Below are positions 14,044 to 17,078 of a stretch of 17,078 nt of DNA, one piece after another. The position numbers and the translations under genes were made by a program. Every line of letters starts with the position of its first letter. Position 1 is the stretch's first letter. The notes under the pieces are model-generated. The model saw nothing but the letters and a program-made list of their open reading frames with translations. It was not told the DNA's origin and made no database searches. This DNA comes from Patescibacteria group bacterium (GTDB taxonomy: Bacteria; Patescibacteriota; Microgenomatia; Levybacterales; GWA1-39-11). Location of the stretch: the NCBI GenBank assembly GCA_035549295.1, contig DASZRG010000011.1, positions 1 through 17,078 of the forward strand, given 5' to 3'.

Positions 14044-14754
14044 ATGAGAAAGTCATTTTTGGCGAGTTTTTTCATATTTTTCTTTCTAACGTTTGCCGTG
14101 ATGCCAACTTACGCAAGCGCTGCTTTTCGTGTCACGAAAGTTATTGATGGAGATACGATAGCTGCAGATATTCGTGGTAAAAATGAGACTATTCGGCTTC
14201 TTGGAATAGATACACCTGAGACAGTTGACCCCAGGAAAACTATTCAATGCTTTGGGCAAGAAGCATCCAACAAGATGAAGGAATTTGTTTCTGGCAAGTT
14301 GGTAATTCTTGTGGATGATCCAACTCAGGGTAATCGCGACAAATACGGTAGGCTTCTTCGTTATGTTTATCTTCCCGACGCAAAATCGACGTTCATAAAT
14401 GGCGAAATGGTGAAGCAAGGTTATGCCTTCTCTTTTAGGGAATATCCTACGAAAATGCTCGATAAATTTAATTCGTTTGAAAAATACGCCCGAGATCACA
14501 ATCTTGGGTTGTGGTCGTCATGTCCTGTTAATACTCAATCGCCAAAACGAGAGACGACCGCGACGTCATCCACAACCTACAAGCCATCTATTGTAAACAA
14601 TTCGGTTGCAGTTAGCGGTGAAGATAAGGATTGCTCTGATTTTGCTACGCAAGCCTCAGCTCAAGCTTACTTTGTTGCAAAAGGTGGTCCCAAGCTTGAC
14701 CCCGACAAGCTTGATGCTGATCATGACGGGAAAGCATGTGAGTCACTAAGGTAA
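14044..14754 (+). CDS. Secreted thermonuclease (staphylococcal-nuclease fold) with C-terminal Excalibur Ca-binding domain
   Basis: 236 aa. Signal peptide MRKSFLASFFIFFFLTFAVMPTYASA. SNase motifs VIDGDTI, RLLGIDTPE, DKYGRLLRYVY, MVKQGYA. Ser/Thr linker, then Excalibur DCSDF...DADHDGKACE. Confidence 0.85.
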   Translation: MRKSFLASFFIFFFLTFAVMPTYASAAFRVTKVIDGDTIAADIRGKNETIRLLGIDTPETVDPRKTIQCFGQEASNKMKEFVSGKLVILVDDPTQGNRDKYGRLLRYVYLPDAKSTFINGEMVKQGYAFSFREYPTKMLDKFNSFEKYARDHNLGLWSSCPVNTQSPKRETTATSSTTYKPSIVNNSVAVSGEDKDCSDFATQASAQAYFVAKGGPKLDPDKLDADHDGKACESLR

Positions 14755-14789
14755 GCAGCTATTTTAAAAGTGGTATTATATAGCCCGCG

Positions 14790-15455
14790 ATGATTGATTT
14801 GAGCGAAGTTAAGATAATTTACGAGAGACGAACATCTTTAGTCCTTAAGGTTTTGCGAGACGGAACTATTCAAGTGCGAGCGCCTTTTTTTGTCCCAAAG
14901 CCAATTATCAACGAGTTTGTCAAAAAACACTCACGAATGATCGAGAAAAATCGCGAGAGGATACTTCTGAGTAAGCCCAAAAGGAAAAAATATGTAAATG
15001 GAGAAAAATTTTTGTACCTTGGAAATGAATATCAGTTGCAGGTAGGAAATTATACTCAGATAAAACTTGAAAAAGACAAACTTCTTTTTCCTGAGGCACT
15101 TCTTTTCCGAGCCAAGAAAGAAATCGAGAATTGGTACGTAAAATCGGCTCGAGAATTTATAGGCAGTTACGTTGAGCAGTATGCCAAAGAGATGAAAACT
15201 TCTTTCGTTACAATTTCTTATTCCGACACTATTTCAAAGTGGGGGTCCTGCACTCACGACAATCGGCTTCAATTCAACTGGCGACTTATCATGACTCCTG
15301 TTCTTGTTGTCCGCTATGTCATAATTCACGAACTAGCCCATACTATTGAAAAAAACCACTCGCGTGCTTTCTGGAGTCGAGTTGCCGCCTTCAATCCGTC
15401 TTACAAACAGCAAATAAAATGGCTTCGAGATAATGGCAACAGGCTTGTAACGTAA
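14790..15455 (+). CDS. YgjP/DUF45-family zinc-dependent hydrolase (HEXXH)
   Basis: 221 aa. C-terminal VIIHELAHTIEKNHSRAFW is the signature of the DUF45/YgjP (COG1451) family. WGSC...RLQFNWRL lies upstream, as in that family. Confidence 0.85.
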   Translation: MIDLSEVKIIYERRTSLVLKVLRDGTIQVRAPFFVPKPIINEFVKKHSRMIEKNRERILLSKPKRKKYVNGEKFLYLGNEYQLQVGNYTQIKLEKDKLLFPEALLFRAKKEIENWYVKSAREFIGSYVEQYAKEMKTSFVTISYSDTISKWGSCTHDNRLQFNWRLIMTPVLVVRYVIIHELAHTIEKNHSRAFWSRVAAFNPSYKQQIKWLRDNGNRLVT

Positions 15456-15462
15456 GAGTGAT

Positions 15463-15491
15463 TTGAAGAAAATATTCGATGGTGGTAATAT
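15463..15491 (+). promoter_or_regulatory. Sigma70-like promoter of the DnaQ-Cho gene: TTGAAG-17-(TGg)TAATAT, with the -10 ending 9 nt before the ATG
   Basis: TTGAAG (15463-15468), 17-nt spacer including TG at 15483-15484, TAATAT (15486-15491), ggtgcttgc, ATG (15501). Confidence 0.5.
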
Positions 15492-15500
15492 GGTGCTTGC

Positions 15501-16913
15501 ATGCTTCCGCGTTCACTCTCTTTTCTAGATCTTGAAACTACAGGTATAAATTCGAATTTTAACAAAGTAATAGAGATAGGGATAATTCGCGTGGACGATG
15601 ACAAAATTACAAAAGAGTTCCAATCACTTATTGACCCCGGTATTGGGATACCTGTGTCAATTCAGGACATGACAGGTATAAGAAGTGCCGATCTTGAGAT
15701 TGCCCCTACTTTTTATGAACTCGCAGATGAAATAAGAGAAATTCTTGATGGGTCAATTCTTGTTGCACACAATGTCCGCTTCGACTACGGATTTTTAAAA
15801 AGCGAGTTTCGTCAAATCGATACCTCATTCAATATGAAACATTTTTGCTCAGTAAAGCTTGCTCGCGACCTGTTTCCGGGCCTCGATCACTACAATCTAG
15901 ACGCGATCATTAGACATTTCAATCTCTCGTGTGAAAATCGCCATCGTGCATTTGATGATGCCAAGGTTATATACGATTTCTATAATAAGATCCAAGAGTC
16001 GGTTTCAGAGGATTTTATCGCCGCGGCAATAAATCGCGCGCTCAAAAAACCATCTGTACCGATTGGTTTATCAGAAAAAGTTTTGGACGACCTACCAGAG
16101 TCACCTGGCGTATATATTTTTTACGGTGAGGACAAATACCCTATATATATAGGAAAGAGCGTGAACATCAGAGACCGGGTATTGTCTCATTTCTCGAACG
16201 ATCATTCGCTTCTGAAGGATATGCAGATATCGCAAGAGGTAAAGCACGTAGACACAATACGGACCGCTGGAGAATTGGGTGCATTGCTTCTCGAGTCTAC
16301 TCTTATCAAAAAATACCAGCCGCTTTATAACCAAATGCTTCGTGAAGCAAGGCGCATGATAATAATCTTAAGAGATACAAATGACGATGGCTATTCAACA
16401 ATAAGAGTAAAAGAAGTTGAAAAGATTGAAGTTAGTGAGTCCGAGGAGATTATCGGAGTTTTCAGATCTCAAAAACAGCTCAAAAATCATCTTTTTGAGC
16501 TATGTAAACAGTTTAGTCTATGTCCCAAGATAATGGATCTTGAACACTCGCAAAAATCATGTTTTTATTATCATCTCAAGATGTGTAACGGTGCGTGTAT
16601 CGGAAAAGAGTCATCTTTCAGGTATAATTTGCGTTTCACCGAAGCTTTTTTCAAATACAAGCTCAAGAGATGGTATTTTGATACGCCAGTATTGATCAAG
16701 GAAAAAGGTGAGCTTGAAGAGGGTTTTATTATCGACAAGTGGTGTCTTTTGGGAAGCGTTAAGTCCGAGGCGGATCTGTCTGAAATTTCAAATGATTATC
16801 GTTTTGATCTTGATACCTATAAAATTCTCTCAAAATTTTTGCTTCACCCACCCAAAAATATCTCAGTAAAACCTATTCACCTCGGAAATCACAATCGAGT
16901 AAACAACAATTAA
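15501..16913 (+). CDS. DEDDh 3'-5' exonuclease (DnaQ/epsilon-like) fused to a GIY-YIG UvrC-N-terminal/Cho-like nuclease
   Basis: 470 aa. Exo I FLDLETTG, Exo II VAHNVRFDYGFL, Exo III HRAFDDA. Then GIY-YIG (PGVYIFY...PIYIGKS...R...LLESTLIKKYQPLYN) and a UvrC-type Cys cluster (CFYYHLKMCNGAC). There is no UvrC C-terminal endonuclease/HhH half. Confidence 0.85.
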   Translation: MLPRSLSFLDLETTGINSNFNKVIEIGIIRVDDDKITKEFQSLIDPGIGIPVSIQDMTGIRSADLEIAPTFYELADEIREILDGSILVAHNVRFDYGFLKSEFRQIDTSFNMKHFCSVKLARDLFPGLDHYNLDAIIRHFNLSCENRHRAFDDAKVIYDFYNKIQESVSEDFIAAAINRALKKPSVPIGLSEKVLDDLPESPGVYIFYGEDKYPIYIGKSVNIRDRVLSHFSNDHSLLKDMQISQEVKHVDTIRTAGELGALLLESTLIKKYQPLYNQMLREARRMIIILRDTNDDGYSTIRVKEVEKIEVSESEEIIGVFRSQKQLKNHLFELCKQFSLCPKIMDLEHSQKSCFYYHLKMCNGACIGKESSFRYNLRFTEAFFKYKLKRWYFDTPVLIKEKGELEEGFIIDKWCLLGSVKSEADLSEISNDYRFDLDTYKILSKFLLHPPKNISVKPIHLGNHNRVNNN

Positions 16914-16936
16914 TTCTAAATCCGAAGCTAAATTCT

Positions 16937-16965
16937 TTGAAATTTTATTATAGGTCTGATATAAT
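16937..16965 (+). promoter_or_regulatory. Near-consensus promoter TTGAAA-17-(TGa)TATAAT, with the -10 ending 8 nt before ATG 16974
   Basis: TTGAAA (16937-16942), 17-nt spacer with TG at 16957-16958, TATAAT (16960-16965), accaaatt, ATG. Confidence 0.55.
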
Positions 16966-16973
16966 ACCAAATT

Positions 16974-17078
16974 ATGACTGGTGAGCAAATAAAAATAACA
17001 CATGAAGGAATTGCCGCTTCAGAGTCACCCATCGCGAGAGGCGTAGAAGAAACTACTTCTAATATATTGAGTACCGAA
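16974..17078 (+). CDS. 5' fragment (35 codons) of an unidentified gene running off the window
   Basis: ATG 16974 opens MTGEQIKITHEGIAASESPIARGVEETTSNILSTE with no stop before the window end. A near-consensus promoter sits immediately upstream. No family is recognisable from 35 aa. Confidence 0.4.
   Translation, partial: MTGEQIKITHEGIAASESPIARGVEETTSNILSTE

Noticed and set aside
13947-14147. A 66-aa plus-strand ORF across the divergent promoter region into the nuclease gene.
   Set aside because: It is out of frame with the nuclease gene. It covers the two back-to-back promoters, and its sequence has no recognisable features.
1218-16334. Twenty-two antisense or out-of-frame ORFs of 61-137 aa from the six-frame track. 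Examples: 1218-1412+, 1684-2037+, 2093-2413+, 2195-2407-, 2681-2866+, 3488-3724+, 5021-5239+, 5682-5879-, 6063-6284-, 6577-6858-, 7648-7857+, 8491-8703-, 9085-9324-, 9495-9833-, 10876-11169+, 12062-12256-, 13039-13365-, 13585-13917+, 14086-14499-, 15401-15604-, 16101-16334-.
   Set aside because: Each lies wholly or almost wholly inside a longer ORF with clear family motifs on the other strand or frame. Their translations are low-complexity or Cys/Arg/Phe-rich with no recognisable motifs. They look like shadow ORFs.
13428-16913. An anti-phage defence island reading of the orphan + nuclease + HEXXH hydrolase + exonuclease/GIY-YIG cluster.
   Set aside because: Each gene has its own promoter-like element and a plausible housekeeping role: a secreted scavenging nuclease with a signal peptide, a YgjP-family hydrolase and a Cho-like repair nuclease. 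There are no NTPase, sensor, toxin-antitoxin or mobile-element hallmarks. I cannot exclude it, but the sequence gives no positive support.
1-17078. A scan for tRNA, rRNA, CRISPR repeats, transposase/integrase genes, long direct or terminal inverted repeats, and prophage genes.
   Set aside because: I could see none by eye. The intergenic space is too small (145 nt at most) to hide such elements.

Overview
This is an AT-rich, very gene-dense bacterial chromosomal window with 17 complete CDS and 2 edge fragments. The longest intergenic gaps are about 121 and 145 nt. I found no tRNA, rRNA, CRISPR array, transposase or integrase. TGA acts as a stop (tandem TGA TGA ends the fakA-like gene), so the code is standard and not UGA-recoded. 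Left to right: a tRNA-binding-domain gene fragment (-), guaB-guaA (-), a GT20 OtsA-like synthase (-), a zinc-ribbon membrane protein and plsY (-). Diverging from these is a tightly overlapping four-gene + strand operon: a short FakA-like DAK2 kinase, DegV/FakB, a second divergent PlsY, and a membrane-anchored alpha/beta hydrolase. Next come a PAS-containing degenerate histidine-kinase-like protein (+) abutting a convergent CheY-like receiver and a PAS histidine kinase (-). The window ends with glnA (+), an orphan 177-aa protein (-), a secreted SNase-Excalibur nuclease (+), a YgjP/DUF45 HEXXH hydrolase (+), a DnaQ-exonuclease/GIY-YIG Cho-like fusion (+), and the start of one more gene. The gene content (fatty-acid kinase route instead of visible FASII, secreted nuclease, purine interconversion, small proteins, weak or absent Shine-Dalgarno motifs) fits a reduced-genome, scavenging bacterium, possibly CPR/Patescibacteria-like. 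That taxonomic call is inference only. Most notable: (1) the fakA(N+L only)-fakB-plsY2-hydrolase operon flanked by a second plsY, a candidate exogenous-lipid scavenging and incorporation module built around a naturally truncated FakA. (2) Sigma70-like promoters recur with the -10 element only 5-9 nt from the start codon, implying widespread leaderless mRNAs. (3) A histidine-kinase paralog keeps a DHp-like His but has lost the ATP-binding motifs.
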